A DNA stretch of 64,000 nt from Candidatus Woesebacteria bacterium RIFCSPLOWO2_01_FULL_39_23. Its GTDB lineage: Bacteria > Patescibacteriota > Microgenomatia > UBA8517. Below the pieces are notes generated by a model. It saw only the letters and a list, made by a program, of their open reading frames with translations. It did not search any database and was not told the DNA's origin. The translations under genes were made by a program, and so were the position numbers. Location: assembly GCA_001793095.1 (NCBI GenBank), contig MGHG01000007.1, positions 1,306 through 65,305 on the forward strand, in the 5' to 3' direction. Shown one piece after another: positions 35,470 through 47,200 of the stretch (position 1 is its first letter; the number at the start of each line of letters is the position of its first letter).

Positions 35470-36726
35470 CTATGAGCGTCGGTAATATTTTTTATTTTTA
35501 ATTTTTTCAGGTAATGACGAACCTTTGTCATATTTCTCGTACCCACTTCCGTATCCTATTTCCTTCATAAGTTTTGTAACGGGATTTCGGATTTTTAAGG
35601 GAACCGGAAGATTGCCGTGTTTTTTAACATCCTCTAAGGCTGCTATATATGCGTTATATGCTGAGCGATCCTTTTTAGCTAAAGCGAGATAAACAACTCC
35701 ATGTGCTAAATTTTCCTGGCACTCAGGGAAGCCTATTGTTTCGCAGGCTTTGAAAACTTCATTAGCAATAACCAAAGCTGTAGGTTGGGCCATGCCAATA
35801 TCTTCCGAAGCAAAAACTACCATTCGCCTTGCAATATATAGAGGATCTTGTCCTGCAGCAACCATCCGTGCCAAATAATAGAGCGCCGCATCAACATCGC
35901 TTGCCCGCATACTTTTAATAAATGCTGATATTATGTTGTAAAAATCTTCTCCCTGTTTATCGAAAGTGAGTTGTCTTCGCTGTAGGGCAGATTCGATGTC
36001 TTTTAAACTGATTGCACCCCCGAGGTGTTTGAATTTTTCACCTCGGGGGTGGTTTGGCGCCGTTAAATTAACTGCGATTTCCAGGACATTCAGCAATACC
36101 CTCGCGTCACCATTACTTGCCGACAGTAAAAAGCTTAATGCTTTGGGTTCAATCTTAACTTGTAATTCTTTCAAGCCTCTTTTTATAATTTTTTTTAAGT
36201 CGTTTTCACTTAGTTGGTTCAGTACAACAACGCGGCACCGTGACATGAGAGGTCCAATTACTTCGAACGAGGGATTTTCGGTTGTTGCACCGATTAGGAC
36301 AATATCTCCTTTTTCAACATGGGGTAGTAGTTTATCCTGCTGGGCTTTGTTAAAGCGGTGAATTTCATCAATGAATACGATAGGAGCGGAATTCTGAATA
36401 CTGTATTGTGAATTATGAATTATGGGTTGTTGCTGACTCTTAGTGCTTGATACTTTGTTCATAATAGTGTTTATTTCTTTAATAGAGGTGTTGACGGCGG
36501 AAAACTCATAAAACTCGCGATTTAATTCATTAGCAATAATCCGTGCAAGTGTAGTTTTTCCTGATCCTGGCGGTCCCCAAAAAATGAGTGAAGGAATGAA
36601 GTTTTTACCTCCGGGATTATTCAGTAACTTGGAAATAAATCCATTTTTACCGACCAAGTGTTCCTGTCCGACGAATTCTACAAGTTTTCTCGGCCTTAAT
36701 TTTTCGGGTAACGGAATATTTTGCAT
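35470..36726 (-). CDS. rarA: Replication-associated recombination protein A (RarA/MgsA AAA+ ATPase)
   Basis: Walker [10 protein letters not shown], Walker [10 protein letters not shown], sensor and a C-terminal MgsA helical domain. It has a Ser/Gln-rich insertion. Confidence 0.9.
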   Translation of the reverse strand: MQNIPLPEKLRPRKLVEFVGQEHLVGKNGFISKLLNNPGGKNFIPSLIFWGPPGSGKTTLARIIANELNREFYEFSAVNTSIKEINTIMNKVSSTKSQQQPIIHNSQYSIQNSAPIVFIDEIHRFNKAQQDKLLPHVEKGDIVLIGATTENPSFEVIGPLMSRCRVVVLNQLSENDLKKIIKRGLKELQVKIEPKALSFLLSASNGDARVLLNVLEIAVNLTAPNHPRGEKFKHLGGAISLKDIESALQRRQLTFDKQGEDFYNIISAFIKSMRASDVDAALYYLARMVAAGQDPLYIARRMVVFASEDIGMAQPTALVIANEVFKACETIGFPECQENLAHGVVYLALAKKDRSAYNAYIAALEDVKKHGNLPVPLKIRNPVTKLMKEIGYGSGYEKYDKGSSLPEKIKNKKYYRRS

Positions 36727-36810
36727 ACAGTATTATTTTACTCTATAGCCAAAGAAAAGGCGAAAAAGGAACGTATAGATTATGCTGTTTAGTTAATTTA
36801 TACTGATTAT

Positions 36811-38628
36811 GTGATTAAAATTGCATCTTTACGAAAGTTGATAACCAATATAACGGGGAACCTTGTTCGAATGCTAGGAATTGCCTGGCAGATGGATAGA
36901 TTTATAACATTCGGATACTTTGCCTCGTCTGGTGTTGGTGCACTATTCCCGATATTAGCGAGCTATTTATTTAAAATATTTTTGGATGAGCTAATTTCCA
37001 GCAAGGGTATTGCTGTAAGCATTCCTTTAATTTTAGTAACTCTTTTAGCTTCAAGATATTTTGTAAATATTGTCTGGGATTTTGTCAGTTGGGGACTGAA
37101 AAACATATATTTTGATTTTCTTTTTCGCTCCAAAATCCAAAATGCACTTAATTTTCTTTTCTATAAAAAAGTAAGTAAACTTGACATTGCTCACTTAGAG
37201 GATACCAAGACACAGGATTTAATTGCTAAAGCTTCAGATACTTTTACCTGGCGTTCTCCTGATTTATTGAGGCATTTTTCGTACATGTTTAATAATTTCG
37301 TTTCCTATGTTTCATCTTTTATTATATTAATTCCGTTCGGATTGGTAACTCCGTTTTTTGTAACCTTAGTCACACTTCCAAGATTTTTTTTGCGTGCTAA
37401 ATACGGAAGACTTCAATGGTCAATTTATGGAGCAGGGACGCCCGATGTGAGAAAATTGTGGTATTTCCGAAGGATTCTTTCAGATAAAACTTCTGTTATA
37501 GAGTCGAGAATATTCCAATCACGCCGTGTTCTTTTAAGGAGATTCAAAAAGATTCAAAACCATCTATTTGAAATGAATAAGAAGCCCGTAGTTGAATTTC
37601 TTCGGATTCTTGCATTTCCTCAGTTGTTAGAGGGCGGAGTAATATTTTTCTTTGCTTACCTGAAACTACCCGATGTTTTAAGCGGGAAAATATCAATAGG
37701 TGATTTTACCTTTTTTATTAGTTTGCTGGACAGAATTACGACGAGTGCAGGGGATATGATTTTAAATTTCGGGGATTTGTATGACGATAATTTATATGTT
37801 AACCATTATTTCGAGGTATTGAATCTACCTAAACTTGTTAAAAAACCAAAAAATCCGAAAGAAATAGATATTGATAAACCAATAAGTTTTGAATTTAGAA
37901 ATGTTTCTTTTAAATATCCAGGAACGGAAAACTTTGTTCTAAAGGATATTAATTTCTCCATCGAACCGAAAGATAATATTGCGATTGTCGGAGCAAATGG
38001 TGCAGGAAAAACTACAATTGTAAAACTGTTGTGTCGGTTTTATGACGTAACATCCGGAGAAATTTTAGTGAATGGCGTAAATATTAAGGACTTGGATTTG
38101 GATAACTGGTATAGGTGTATAGGTACACTTTTTCAGGAGTTTATGCATTATGATTTTACGGTCAGGGAGAATATCATGCTCGGAAATCCAAAGGTAAAAA
38201 ATGAAGACAAGATGAGATTGGCTGCCAATCAGAGTGGTGTGTCGGAATTTGTGGAAGCATTGCCGAATAAATATAACCAACTTCTTGGGAGGCAGTTCGA
38301 AGGGGGAGTCGAGCTTTCGCAAGGTCAATGGCAGAAATTAGCCATAGCACGGGCTTTTTATGAAGGAGCACAAATATTGATATTGGATGAGCCTACCTCA
38401 GCAATTGACGCCGAATCAGAATATGAGATTTTTCAGAATCTTAATAAACACTATAAAGATAAAACACTTTTTTTGATTTCTCATAGATTTTCAACAGTCA
38501 GAAATGCCAATAAGATTATCGTATTAAAAGAAGGCAGGATCTTGGAGACTGGGAGTCACGATGAACTTTTACGGGTAGGGGGTCTTTATGCTAGGATGTT
38601 TAGGAAGCAAGCATTGGGCTACCAATGA
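36811..38628 (+). CDS. ABC exporter, fused permease and ATPase (MsbA/MdlB-like)
   Basis: Six N-terminal TMs, Walker A GANGAGKTT, signature LSQGQWQKLAIARAF and Walker B ILILDE. Confidence 0.9.
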   Translation: MIKIASLRKLITNITGNLVRMLGIAWQMDRFITFGYFASSGVGALFPILASYLFKIFLDELISSKGIAVSIPLILVTLLASRYFVNIVWDFVSWGLKNIYFDFLFRSKIQNALNFLFYKKVSKLDIAHLEDTKTQDLIAKASDTFTWRSPDLLRHFSYMFNNFVSYVSSFIILIPFGLVTPFFVTLVTLPRFFLRAKYGRLQWSIYGAGTPDVRKLWYFRRILSDKTSVIESRIFQSRRVLLRRFKKIQNHLFEMNKKPVVEFLRILAFPQLLEGGVIFFFAYLKLPDVLSGKISIGDFTFFISLLDRITTSAGDMILNFGDLYDDNLYVNHYFEVLNLPKLVKKPKNPKEIDIDKPISFEFRNVSFKYPGTENFVLKDINFSIEPKDNIAIVGANGAGKTTIVKLLCRFYDVTSGEILVNGVNIKDLDLDNWYRCIGTLFQEFMHYDFTVRENIMLGNPKVKNEDKMRLAANQSGVSEFVEALPNKYNQLLGRQFEGGVELSQGQWQKLAIARAFYEGAQILILDEPTSAIDAESEYEIFQNLNKHYKDKTLFLISHRFSTVRNANKIIVLKEGRILETGSHDELLRVGGLYARMFRKQALGYQ

Positions 38629-39272
38629 ATATGTGGAATTTTTTAACAGGCACGAAAGTTTTGGAAGAAGTGGAATCACCCATTAACGGTAAAATCACCG
38701 TTCAAAAAAGTTTGGGGTTGGGGACATATTTACAAGTCGGCGGCTTGACTCAATCGGGGGGGATTCTCGTTAGTATTTGGAAGTCGACAATAGACGAAGT
38801 TATTAGGCGCAAACCGCAAATATCAAGCTGCTTGATTCTCGGTTTAGGGGGAGGGAGTGTCGCGCAAATTATTAATAAGCATTGGCCTGATACAATAATT
38901 ACAGGCGTTGATTTTGATCCTGTGATAGTTAATTTGGGTAAAAAGTATTTAGGCCTCGGAAAAGTTGAGATAAGGCTTTTTGTAAATGACGCGTTTGAAT
39001 ATTGCGTGCAAGCTATAGCCGAGGAGAAAAAATTTGACCTCATTTTAATTGATCTTTATAAAGGTTCAGAGTTCCCGGTTCAGTTTGAAGGAGAAGAGTT
39101 TCCGAAAATGATTTGGAAGTTACTTTCAGGTGATGGCTTAGCAGTATTCAACAGACTTTATTCAGCAGAAAAAAGGATTAAAGCTGTAAAATTTGGAGAA
39201 AGATTGGAGAAAATATTTAGAAAAGTTGATGCTTATTACCCTGAAGCAAATGTCATGTACTTTGCCACTTAA
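38625..39272 (+). CDS. Spermidine-synthase-like class I methyltransferase-fold protein
   Basis: [11 protein letters not shown] and VDFDPVIV resemble the PABS/spermine synthase core. Confidence 0.65.
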   Translation: MNMWNFLTGTKVLEEVESPINGKITVQKSLGLGTYLQVGGLTQSGGILVSIWKSTIDEVIRRKPQISSCLILGLGGGSVAQIINKHWPDTIITGVDFDPVIVNLGKKYLGLGKVEIRLFVNDAFEYCVQAIAEEKKFDLILIDLYKGSEFPVQFEGEEFPKMIWKLLSGDGLAVFNRLYSAEKRIKAVKFGERLEKIFRKVDAYYPEANVMYFAT

Positions 39273-39754
39273 TTTTTGTTACTAAGTACAGCGATCCCCA
39301 GAAGGATTAAAGTAACCGGCCAGAATTTTGCAAAATAAAATATATTGAAAAATCCAAAGTTTGAGAGAAGTAGCATGATACCCAGTGCAAGAATAAATAT
39401 GCCGATAAGAGCGCGTGAATTTGCACTTTCTGCTCTTTCTCTTACTCCACCCGCAAATTTGTAGGCTTTGTCTTTCATCTCTTTTACATTTTCATTGATG
39501 CTCTCCTCAGTAATAAGTGATGCAGATGAAGACGAAGGAATAATAAGCCACAAAATAAGATAAATTAGGATACCGCCACCTCCGAATATTGCAACAAGAA
39601 TAAATATGAGTCTAATGAGTGTCGGGTCAACGTTAAAATATTCTCCCAGCCCTCCGGCGACCCCGCTTAATACTCTATTTGTGCTTGATCTATATAAACG
39701 ATTTACCTTGTATTGGCCTTCTTTTTTGTCGTTTTTGACCACAACTTTCGGCAT
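39269..39754 (-). CDS. PspC-domain membrane protein
   Basis: [35 protein letters not shown], a canonical PspC domain, plus C-terminal TMs. Confidence 0.8.
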   Translation of the reverse strand: MPKVVVKNDKKEGQYKVNRLYRSSTNRVLSGVAGGLGEYFNVDPTLIRLIFILVAIFGGGGILIYLILWLIIPSSSSASLITEESINENVKEMKDKAYKFAGGVRERAESANSRALIGIFILALGIMLLLSNFGFFNIFYFAKFWPVTLILLGIAVLSNKN

Positions 39755-39830
39755 GCCTTGATATTATACCAATAATTTAGCGCTTTCAACTGATGTTTGC
39801 CAGAAATTCTATTACAGTGTAAACTAGTTA

Positions 39831-42602
39831 GTGATGTTGAAGCTATTTTCAAAATTTCTTGACGTTAATCAAAAAGAAATAGATAAGTTACAAAAAACGG
39901 TCGATAAGATTAATACTTTTAGCGACAAAACTGGTAAATTAAAGGACGAGGATTTTGCGAAAAAAACTGAAGAATTTAAAAAGCGATTTACAAAGGGTGA
40001 AACCTTGGACGATATTTTACCCGAAGCTTTTGCATTAGTCCGGGAAGCTGCTTGGAGAAGGGTTGGTATGAGGCCGTATGATGTTCAGATGATGGCAGGT
40101 ATTGCGCTTTACCAGGGAAAAGTCGCCGAGCAAAAGACGGGAGAAGGTAAAACTCTTTCTGCCGTACCCGCTCTTTATCTCCGTGCATTAACGGGTAAAG
40201 GTGCACACTTAGTTACGGTTAATGATTATCTGGCAAGACGAGACGCGGGCTGGAATGCGCCTATATTTAGCCTTCTGGGGATGAGTGTCGGGGCTATTGT
40301 CCAGGAAATGAAGTCCTATGTCTTTGATAGTGAGTATAACGATACAAGTCATGGAGATGAGAGACTTGCGCACTTAAAACCGGTAGATAGGAAAGTGGCA
40401 TATTCGGCGGATATAACCTACGGGACTAATAATGAATTCGGGTTTGATTATCTAAGAGACAATATGGTTTCGGCGCTTTCTGAGATGGCTCAAAGCCACC
40501 GGTCCGGAGGGACCTCTGGCCCGGAGGGGGAGCATTATTTTGCTATCGTTGACGAGGTAGATTCAATACTAATCGATGAGGCGAGGACGCCCTTAATTAT
40601 TTCTGCACCGGATACTGAACCGACCGATAAATATTATAAATTTGCTTCTCTTGTTAGCCAATTAAATCCCGATACGGATTTTACAATGGACGAAAAGTCC
40701 AAAAGTGCTTCCCTAACTGAGCATGGAATTACCAGAGTCGAGAAGGTTTTGGGGGTAGATAATCTTTACGAAAAGGATTTCGATGCCATCCACCACATAG
40801 AAAATGCCCTGCGTGCCACAACTCTATATTTAAGGGATAGAGAATACGTTGTTAAAGATAACCAAGTTATTATCGTTGATGAATTCACAGGACGGCTTAT
40901 GTTCGGACGTCGCTGGAGTGACGGACTTCACCAGGCTGTTGAAGCTAAAGAGGGAGTTAAAATACAACAGGAAAGTAAGACACTTGCGACGATTTCTTTT
41001 CAGAATTACTTCAGAATGTATGACGTTTTATCTGGAATGACGGGAACCGCGGCTACCGAAGCCGAGGAATTTAAAAAAATATACGATATTGATGTCATCG
41101 TAGTTCCGACTCATCGGGAGATGGTAAGGAAAGATAATCCCGATGCAATTTATAAGACATTACGCGGGAAATACGGGGCTATCGTTAAAGAGATTGAAGA
41201 TAAGAATAAAAAAGGCCAGCCGGTTTTGGTGGGTACGACTTCAATTGAGAAAAATGAAATTATAGACGACTATCTCAAGCGGAAGAGAATTCCCCACAAT
41301 GTTCTCAATGCGAAAAACCACGAAAAGGAAGCGACGATAATTGCTGATGCAGGGAAGCCGGGAGCGGTTACCGTTGCAACGAATATGGCTGGGCGCGGGG
41401 TAGACATCGTACTTGGAGGTTCTCTTCCGGACAAACCAGAGGGGATGACCAACGATAAGTGGCAAAAGTCCGCTGAAATTAAGAGGTGGAAAGACTTGCA
41501 CGAAAAAGTTGTTAAAGCCGGAGGACTCCATGTAATCGGAACCGAACGGCACGAATCCCGAAGGATTGACAACCAACTTAGAGGCCGTTCCGGCAGGCAG
41601 GGAGACCCAGGTTCATCGAGGTTTTATTTATCCCTTGAGGATGACTTGATGAGAATTTTCGGCGGTGAACAAATTGGTAGCCTGATGGACAGACTGCACT
41701 TACCTGAAGATCAACCTATCGAAAACAGGTTTGTTTCTAAAGCAATAGAATCTGCGCAAAGTAAAGTTGAGGGATTCCATTTTGATGCCAGAAAGTCACT
41801 TGTTGAATACGACGATGTTAAAAATCAACAAAGAGAGATTATCTATAACCTAAGAAGGCGAGTTCTGGAATCCGATAATTTGCACGTTGAAATAAATGAG
41901 AAAATTTCGAAAGAAGTAGATGTGATTTTGGCGGCGAGTGCGGACTTAAACGGGGATGCAATCGATTATGAAAAATTGGTAGTTGGATTGTCCGAAATTG
42001 TTCCGTTTGATGATGCTTCAAGGGACAGAGTCAAAAAGGAAGCATTAAAAATTGGGCAAGATGGAGAACTGAAAGAATTTTTAGACAAGGTTGTAAAAGA
42101 TGTTTACGGCTCCCGCGAAAAACAAGTTGGAGTCGACGTCATGAGACAAATTGAAAAGTTTGCCTACCTGGGAGCGATTGATCACATGTGGATAGATCAT
42201 CTTGATAATATCGACAGCATTGAAGATGCTGTCAAACTTCGCGGATACGGACAAAGGGATCCGTTGGCTGAATTTAAAAATGAGGCGTTCGGACTATTCG
42301 AAGGACTGATTGACAGGATTGACCAGGAATTATCAAGGCGAATATTCAGGATTGGCGTCTCAAGAATACCCCAACCCGAAATTCCTATTTCGCAAGCGAG
42401 AACAAACGTTGATCAACTCGATCAGACAGGATTGGCTCCCGCTCCTGAAGATTTGGTTGCACAAGCAGGTGAACCCGCATATGCAGAACAAAGTATTAAC
42501 AACAAAGGACAAAGTGTGAAGAAAAAGATCGGACGAAACGATCCATGCCCATGCGGGAGCGGGAAGAAATACAAGAAGTGTCATTATCCGCAATATGGGT
42601 AA
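39831..42602 (+). CDS. secA: Preprotein translocase ATPase SecA
   Basis: DEAD-like motor (QKTGEGKTL, DEVDSILIDEARTPLIIS), preprotein cross-linking domain, and a C-terminal zinc finger CPCGSGKKYKKCH. 923 aa. Confidence 0.95.
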   Translation: MMLKLFSKFLDVNQKEIDKLQKTVDKINTFSDKTGKLKDEDFAKKTEEFKKRFTKGETLDDILPEAFALVREAAWRRVGMRPYDVQMMAGIALYQGKVAEQKTGEGKTLSAVPALYLRALTGKGAHLVTVNDYLARRDAGWNAPIFSLLGMSVGAIVQEMKSYVFDSEYNDTSHGDERLAHLKPVDRKVAYSADITYGTNNEFGFDYLRDNMVSALSEMAQSHRSGGTSGPEGEHYFAIVDEVDSILIDEARTPLIISAPDTEPTDKYYKFASLVSQLNPDTDFTMDEKSKSASLTEHGITRVEKVLGVDNLYEKDFDAIHHIENALRATTLYLRDREYVVKDNQVIIVDEFTGRLMFGRRWSDGLHQAVEAKEGVKIQQESKTLATISFQNYFRMYDVLSGMTGTAATEAEEFKKIYDIDVIVVPTHREMVRKDNPDAIYKTLRGKYGAIVKEIEDKNKKGQPVLVGTTSIEKNEIIDDYLKRKRIPHNVLNAKNHEKEATIIADAGKPGAVTVATNMAGRGVDIVLGGSLPDKPEGMTNDKWQKSAEIKRWKDLHEKVVKAGGLHVIGTERHESRRIDNQLRGRSGRQGDPGSSRFYLSLEDDLMRIFGGEQIGSLMDRLHLPEDQPIENRFVSKAIESAQSKVEGFHFDARKSLVEYDDVKNQQREIIYNLRRRVLESDNLHVEINEKISKEVDVILAASADLNGDAIDYEKLVVGLSEIVPFDDASRDRVKKEALKIGQDGELKEFLDKVVKDVYGSREKQVGVDVMRQIEKFAYLGAIDHMWIDHLDNIDSIEDAVKLRGYGQRDPLAEFKNEAFGLFEGLIDRIDQELSRRIFRIGVSRIPQPEIPISQARTNVDQLDQTGLAPAPEDLVAQAGEPAYAEQSINNKGQSVKKKIGRNDPCPCGSGKKYKKCHYPQYG

Positions 42603-42765
42603 GAAATGCAAAGTCCTGAGTGAATGAAAATGGTGAGCTTCGTCGAACAAAGTCGAAGGAGAAAAAGTGCTATTATCCACAGTAACGATAAAGTCAGTTA
42701 ATTGAAGATACCGTTTTTGGTGTTGATAACTATATATAAATAATTCTTCCTGTTAAAATAAGTCT

Positions 42766-43617
42766 ATGTCGTGGCAGTTACTTGCTTTAATTAGCGTTAC
42801 TTCATTATCGGTATCGAATTTACTGGGAAGAGTATTAATGAAAGACGATAAAAGTGACCCGATAGGTTACGGGATTATTTTTCAATTTGGATTAGGATTA
42901 GTTGCTCTAGTATTTGCTTTAGTATTTAATAAGTTTGTCTGGCCACAAGGATACGGCTTTTCGATTAGGTTCTTGATTTCCACTCTTTTGTGGACTTTAA
43001 CTACTGTATTTTCGTTTTCATCAATTAAAAGAATCGGAGCCAGTGAGGCAACTATATTGGTTTCATCGGGATCTCTTGTGTCAATATTTCTTGGTATAAC
43101 TGTTTTGGGAGAAAGCATCACAATTAAATTATTTTTAGGATCTTTATTAGTTTTAGTGGCCGTTTGGATTGTAACCACAGAAAAACTAAAATTTACTTCT
43201 AGAAAAGGAGTTGTTTTTTCCCTCCTAGCAGCACTATGTTCCGGGATTGCGGTAGTGAATGACGCAATAATATTGAGAACTTATGAGGCATTTTCCTATA
43301 CCACTATTATGTCATTCTTGCCGGGAATTTTGCTTCTAATGCTTTTTCCATTAAAATTTAAGACTACCGTAGTTAACATTGATAGGAATTTTCTGTGGCG
43401 AATGTCTATTTTATGTCTTTTATATGCCGTACAGGCAATAACTTATTATTTAGCCTTTCAGGTTGGTGCTCCGGTTTCGCAACTTTCACCTATTACAAGA
43501 TCTTCGGTCGTATTAACAGTAATATTGGCTGCAATTTTTATAAATGAACGTAATAATCTTTTCAGGAAGTTAATAGCTGCAGGTGTAATGATATTCGGAG
43601 TAATACTGTTAGGATAA
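42766..43617 (+). CDS. EamA/DMT-superfamily transporter
   Basis: 283 aa with 10 TMs and a two-EamA-repeat topology. Confidence 0.8.
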   Translation: MSWQLLALISVTSLSVSNLLGRVLMKDDKSDPIGYGIIFQFGLGLVALVFALVFNKFVWPQGYGFSIRFLISTLLWTLTTVFSFSSIKRIGASEATILVSSGSLVSIFLGITVLGESITIKLFLGSLLVLVAVWIVTTEKLKFTSRKGVVFSLLAALCSGIAVVNDAIILRTYEAFSYTTIMSFLPGILLLMLFPLKFKTTVVNIDRNFLWRMSILCLLYAVQAITYYLAFQVGAPVSQLSPITRSSVVLTVILAAIFINERNNLFRKLIAAGVMIFGVILLG

Positions 43618-43771
43618 TATTATGTGATTTCCTATTCGAACAACATTAAAAAAATGTCACTATTCTCAATTACCTCCCCGCTGATTTTTCCGATATCTTC
43701 CAAAATCTGCTAATTTATTCTGAATTGTATGATATCCTTTGAATAATCCTTAATTTTCCATTGATATCCAT

Positions 43772-44281
43772 ATGAGAAATCCTTTGGGATATAAAGTGTT
43801 GAGAACTTATCAGCAAGGTGAAGAAATCTACGATTTAGTTAAACGATTTACCTCCACCCATTTGCATCTAATGTCGGATTCTCGGCTAATTGGCCATATG
43901 GACGATTCTGCTAGAAGCATACCAAGAAATATTGCCGAAGGATATGGTAGAAACAACACTAAGCAGTATTATGAATTTTTAGGGTTTTCGTTTGGTTCGC
44001 TACTGGAACTGTTAGAAGATTCACTGGAGTTGGAGAAAGATATTAAAGGAGGACGAAGGAAAACAAAGGATGACAACGGAGCATTAAAGGAGTTATCAAT
44101 AATTATAAAATTGTGTTTTGGCGAAAAGACGATGTTGACAAACCAGATGGACAGAATTGAGAAAATGGTTTGGGAGCAAGGATTAATGTCTCAAAATCAA
44201 AAATTAGCTAAAATAATGGAAGAGAATAAAAGAAAAAATGAGCAATTCGATAAATGGCTGAAGACTATTGTTAGAAAATGA
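43772..44281 (+). CDS. Four-helix-bundle protein (23S rRNA intervening-sequence protein family)
   Basis: YKVLRTYQQGEEIYDLV...SIPRNIAEGYGRNNTKQYYEFLGFSFGSLLEL pattern. Confidence 0.7.
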   Translation: MRNPLGYKVLRTYQQGEEIYDLVKRFTSTHLHLMSDSRLIGHMDDSARSIPRNIAEGYGRNNTKQYYEFLGFSFGSLLELLEDSLELEKDIKGGRRKTKDDNGALKELSIIIKLCFGEKTMLTNQMDRIEKMVWEQGLMSQNQKLAKIMEENKRKNEQFDKWLKTIVRK

Positions 44282-44305
44282 TAGAAACTTGTTCATGTTA
44301 ATTCT

Positions 44306-44842
44306 ATGAATAATAAATTTAACCCATATTCAAAAAACGTAATTTTCTTCGACTCGGAGTTTTCGAGCATGGATCCCTATATTGGGGAGATTCTTTCCGT
44401 TGGGCTTGTGAAATTGACTGGTGAGTATCTATATCTGGAATTGGAATATAACGGACCGGTTGATTCCTGGGTTGAAAAGAATATTATTCCGACTTTATTA
44501 GGACCTAAAATTAATCGGCTGGAAGCAATAAATAAAATTAATGAGTTTGTAGGCGATAGTAAACCCTACGTCGTCAGCTACGTAGATCAGTTTGATGTTA
44601 TCTACTTGCACAAGTTGTTTAAGTCTCAATCGATAAAAAACTCACCGTTTTTTTGGATACCGGTTGACTTTGCATCTATTTTATTTGGGATAGGAATTAA
44701 TCCCGAAGCATATTTTCCCAAAGATAAAGATAATTTCTTTAAAGAGATTGGAGTAGATGCTTTGGAGTTCAAACATACTCACAACGCTCTCGACGATGCT
44801 CGACTTTTAAGAGAAGTTTATTTAAAAATGTCGGATTTGTGA
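44306..44842 (+). CDS. DEDDh 3'-5' exonuclease domain protein
   Basis: FFDSEFS (DxE) and HNALDDA (H-x4-D) motifs. Confidence 0.75.
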   Translation: MNNKFNPYSKNVIFFDSEFSSMDPYIGEILSVGLVKLTGEYLYLELEYNGPVDSWVEKNIIPTLLGPKINRLEAINKINEFVGDSKPYVVSYVDQFDVIYLHKLFKSQSIKNSPFFWIPVDFASILFGIGINPEAYFPKDKDNFFKEIGVDALEFKHTHNALDDARLLREVYLKMSDL

Positions 44843-44971
44843 GGTAACTTCCAATATGGACAATATTACAAGAAGTATCATTACCCACAGTTAGGATAAA
44901 TAGTCCCTCGAATGGGTTACGATCCGTAAATTAGTAATTAAAACTCCAAATTAGTGTAAACTTCTTTATAA

Positions 44972-46156
44972 ATGACTCGGTGGCGCAACGAAAATTTATT
45001 AAGAAGTATTGCAATTGTTTTTATCTTTTTTTGCGTAGTATTTTCTTTATTTACTCTTTTCAGAATTTTACTGCTCTACCGGCTTTTGGACTTCGGTGTC
45101 TATTACCAGGCGGTAGAAAAAATTATTAATGGATGCAATCCTTACGTTTCTTCTGTCGGTGAAATGGTGTTTATTTATCCTCCTACCGCTTTATTGTTTT
45201 TGCTACCTTTGCATTTTTTCCCGATTTCTATTGCCGAAGACTTATGGACCTTAACTTCATTTATTGCATTTAATTTATCAATATATTTTTTATTAAAATC
45301 CGTAATGAAGAAGGTAAAAGTACTATGGTTTCTAATTATTTACAGCTTTTTTGTTCTATCTTTTCCTATAAAGTTTAGTTTTGGAATGGGGCAGATAAAT
45401 ATGTTTATTCTATTTTTGCTTTGTTTAACTTTCTATTTTTATACTAGAGAAAAAGATAAGTTCAGCGCTACATTTTTATCGATTGCGATTTCGCTTAAAT
45501 TGGCGCCGGCAATTTTATTATTCTTTTTTGCAAGAAAAAAGAAGTGGAAGGTTGTAACATTCACACTTTTTATTATTGCTTTATTACATTCGGTTGTTCA
45601 GTTGCTCAGCAAGCAACACTTGCTGTCTTATTATTATCTAAAAGTATTTCCCTCAATATCTTTAATAGGCAATTCGGCTTATTATAACCAAGCGTTTACG
45701 GGATTCCTTGCTCGAATGAATTTATCCGACAATACATCCTTTTTGCTGAATTATCTTTTATTAATTATTCTATTAATCTTTACATATAGAATAATTAATA
45801 CGCGAAGGATGAAGCCGGAAAACGAACTCATTCAGTTCGGAATGTTGATCGTTGTTATGCTGATTGCCGGTGGTCTTACCTGGCAGCACCATCTTGTTTT
45901 ATTAGTAATACCATATATAGGTGTTATTGTTAGCGTTTTTCCGCGGTTAAAAATATATTTAAAACACAAAGTCTTTATCATTTTTGCTATCCTACTTTCG
46001 TGTTTTCTTTTTTCAATAAATTTAAAAAACCCTTTTATATTTTCGACCGGTGCATTAGTCTTAGTCCAATCGCACGGCTTATATTCAATGCTAATATTAT
46101 TTGGAGTATTATGGTACATAAACTCGAATACTATCTTAGTACGGAACAAACGATAG
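44972..46156 (+). CDS. Polytopic membrane glycosyltransferase, GT87/DUF2029-like
   Basis: LDFGVYYQAVEKIINGCNPY...FIYPPTALLF and 9-11 TMs. Confidence 0.65.
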   Translation: MTRWRNENLLRSIAIVFIFFCVVFSLFTLFRILLLYRLLDFGVYYQAVEKIINGCNPYVSSVGEMVFIYPPTALLFLLPLHFFPISIAEDLWTLTSFIAFNLSIYFLLKSVMKKVKVLWFLIIYSFFVLSFPIKFSFGMGQINMFILFLLCLTFYFYTREKDKFSATFLSIAISLKLAPAILLFFFARKKKWKVVTFTLFIIALLHSVVQLLSKQHLLSYYYLKVFPSISLIGNSAYYNQAFTGFLARMNLSDNTSFLLNYLLLIILLIFTYRIINTRRMKPENELIQFGMLIVVMLIAGGLTWQHHLVLLVIPYIGVIVSVFPRLKIYLKHKVFIIFAILLSCFLFSINLKNPFIFSTGALVLVQSHGLYSMLILFGVLWYINSNTILVRNKR

Positions 46157-46229
46157 CTTTTAACATGTAATCAATGACACATCGTTTCGCAGACGGGATA
46201 ATGTTTGACCGATAGTTTATAATCATGCC

Positions 46230-46568
46230 ATGACACCCGACAGGCCTTATATACCACTTATAGAGTTAGGGAAAGAACTTTCTCCAAGTGACTTTGTTCC
46301 GGGTCCCAATCCGTGTGATAATCTTGATTTGTACATTCCTGTGGTTAGAATTCCTGTACATTTGATGGATACCGAAAAAGTTAAAGCGGCCCAACGGACA
46401 TTAAACAAGTGTCAAAGAATTGCCGGAAGTTATGGGGAAAAGACATCAAATATGAATAGAAAAGAATATAAAAAGGCAGCGGATGCTTTTAAGGCCGCTA
46501 CGGGTGTCGACATTTCTGAAGTATTTAGTTACGCTCGAGAACAGTTATACGAACAGGAATACTTATAA
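46230..46568 (+). CDS. Hypothetical protein
   Basis: 112-aa ORF with no motif. Confidence 0.35.
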   Translation: MTPDRPYIPLIELGKELSPSDFVPGPNPCDNLDLYIPVVRIPVHLMDTEKVKAAQRTLNKCQRIAGSYGEKTSNMNRKEYKKAADAFKAATGVDISEVFSYAREQLYEQEYL

Positions 46569-46621
46569 GGGTTGAGTAAAGAACTGAGTTATTACAACTT
46601 CGATAATGATAAAATGTTTCC

Positions 46622-47197
46622 ATGACCGCAAGAACTCATGACGCCTTTGCGTTAGCTTCCCTAATTAGTGTAGCGGCTTTTTTCCCTCCGGCATCTCTTA
46701 ATCTAACAACATTAATAGTTTCAGTTATTGGAGCCCATATCGGTGGTTTAATCCCCGATATGGACCAGGCGGGAAATCGGCTGTGGGATATGTTTCCTTC
46801 GGGAAATAGTTTGGGAAGAATATTCAGGAGAATTTTTTATAAACACAGGACTATCAGCCATTCTCTTATCGGCGTTTTTATTTTCTATAAATTTCTTGAA
46901 TTTGTTGTAACGAGGTTGATTAACACATCTTTCATTGATCCGAAACTTCTGATTGCCGGAATTATAATTGGGTATTTATCACATTTATTAGCTGACAGTT
47001 TTACAGAAGAAGGACTCCCGCTTCTTTTCCCATTAAGAATTGCGTTCGGTATACCCCCTATTAAGAAAATACGGATAAAAACAGGTCAATGGTTTGAGAA
47101 CTTGGTTATTTACCCCGCTATCTGGATTTATCTTTTCTCACTGATCCAGAATAAAAAAGAGGTGTTACTAGAAATATTAAAAATGGTGAAAAGTTAA
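46622..47197 (+). CDS. Membrane-bound metal-dependent hydrolase (DUF457/YdjM-like)
   Basis: MTARTHDAFAL...HIGGLIPDMD...SHSLIG His motifs plus TMs. Confidence 0.65.
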   Translation: MTARTHDAFALASLISVAAFFPPASLNLTTLIVSVIGAHIGGLIPDMDQAGNRLWDMFPSGNSLGRIFRRIFYKHRTISHSLIGVFIFYKFLEFVVTRLINTSFIDPKLLIAGIIIGYLSHLLADSFTEEGLPLLFPLRIAFGIPPIKKIRIKTGQWFENLVIYPAIWIYLFSLIQNKKEVLLEILKMVKS

Positions 47198-47200
47198 AGC

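Noticed and set aside
35469-35546. N-terminal 26 codons of the glycosylase ORF in the track
   Set aside because: It overlaps the rarA 3' end. The Met at 35468 gives tight 1-nt coupling with no overlap.
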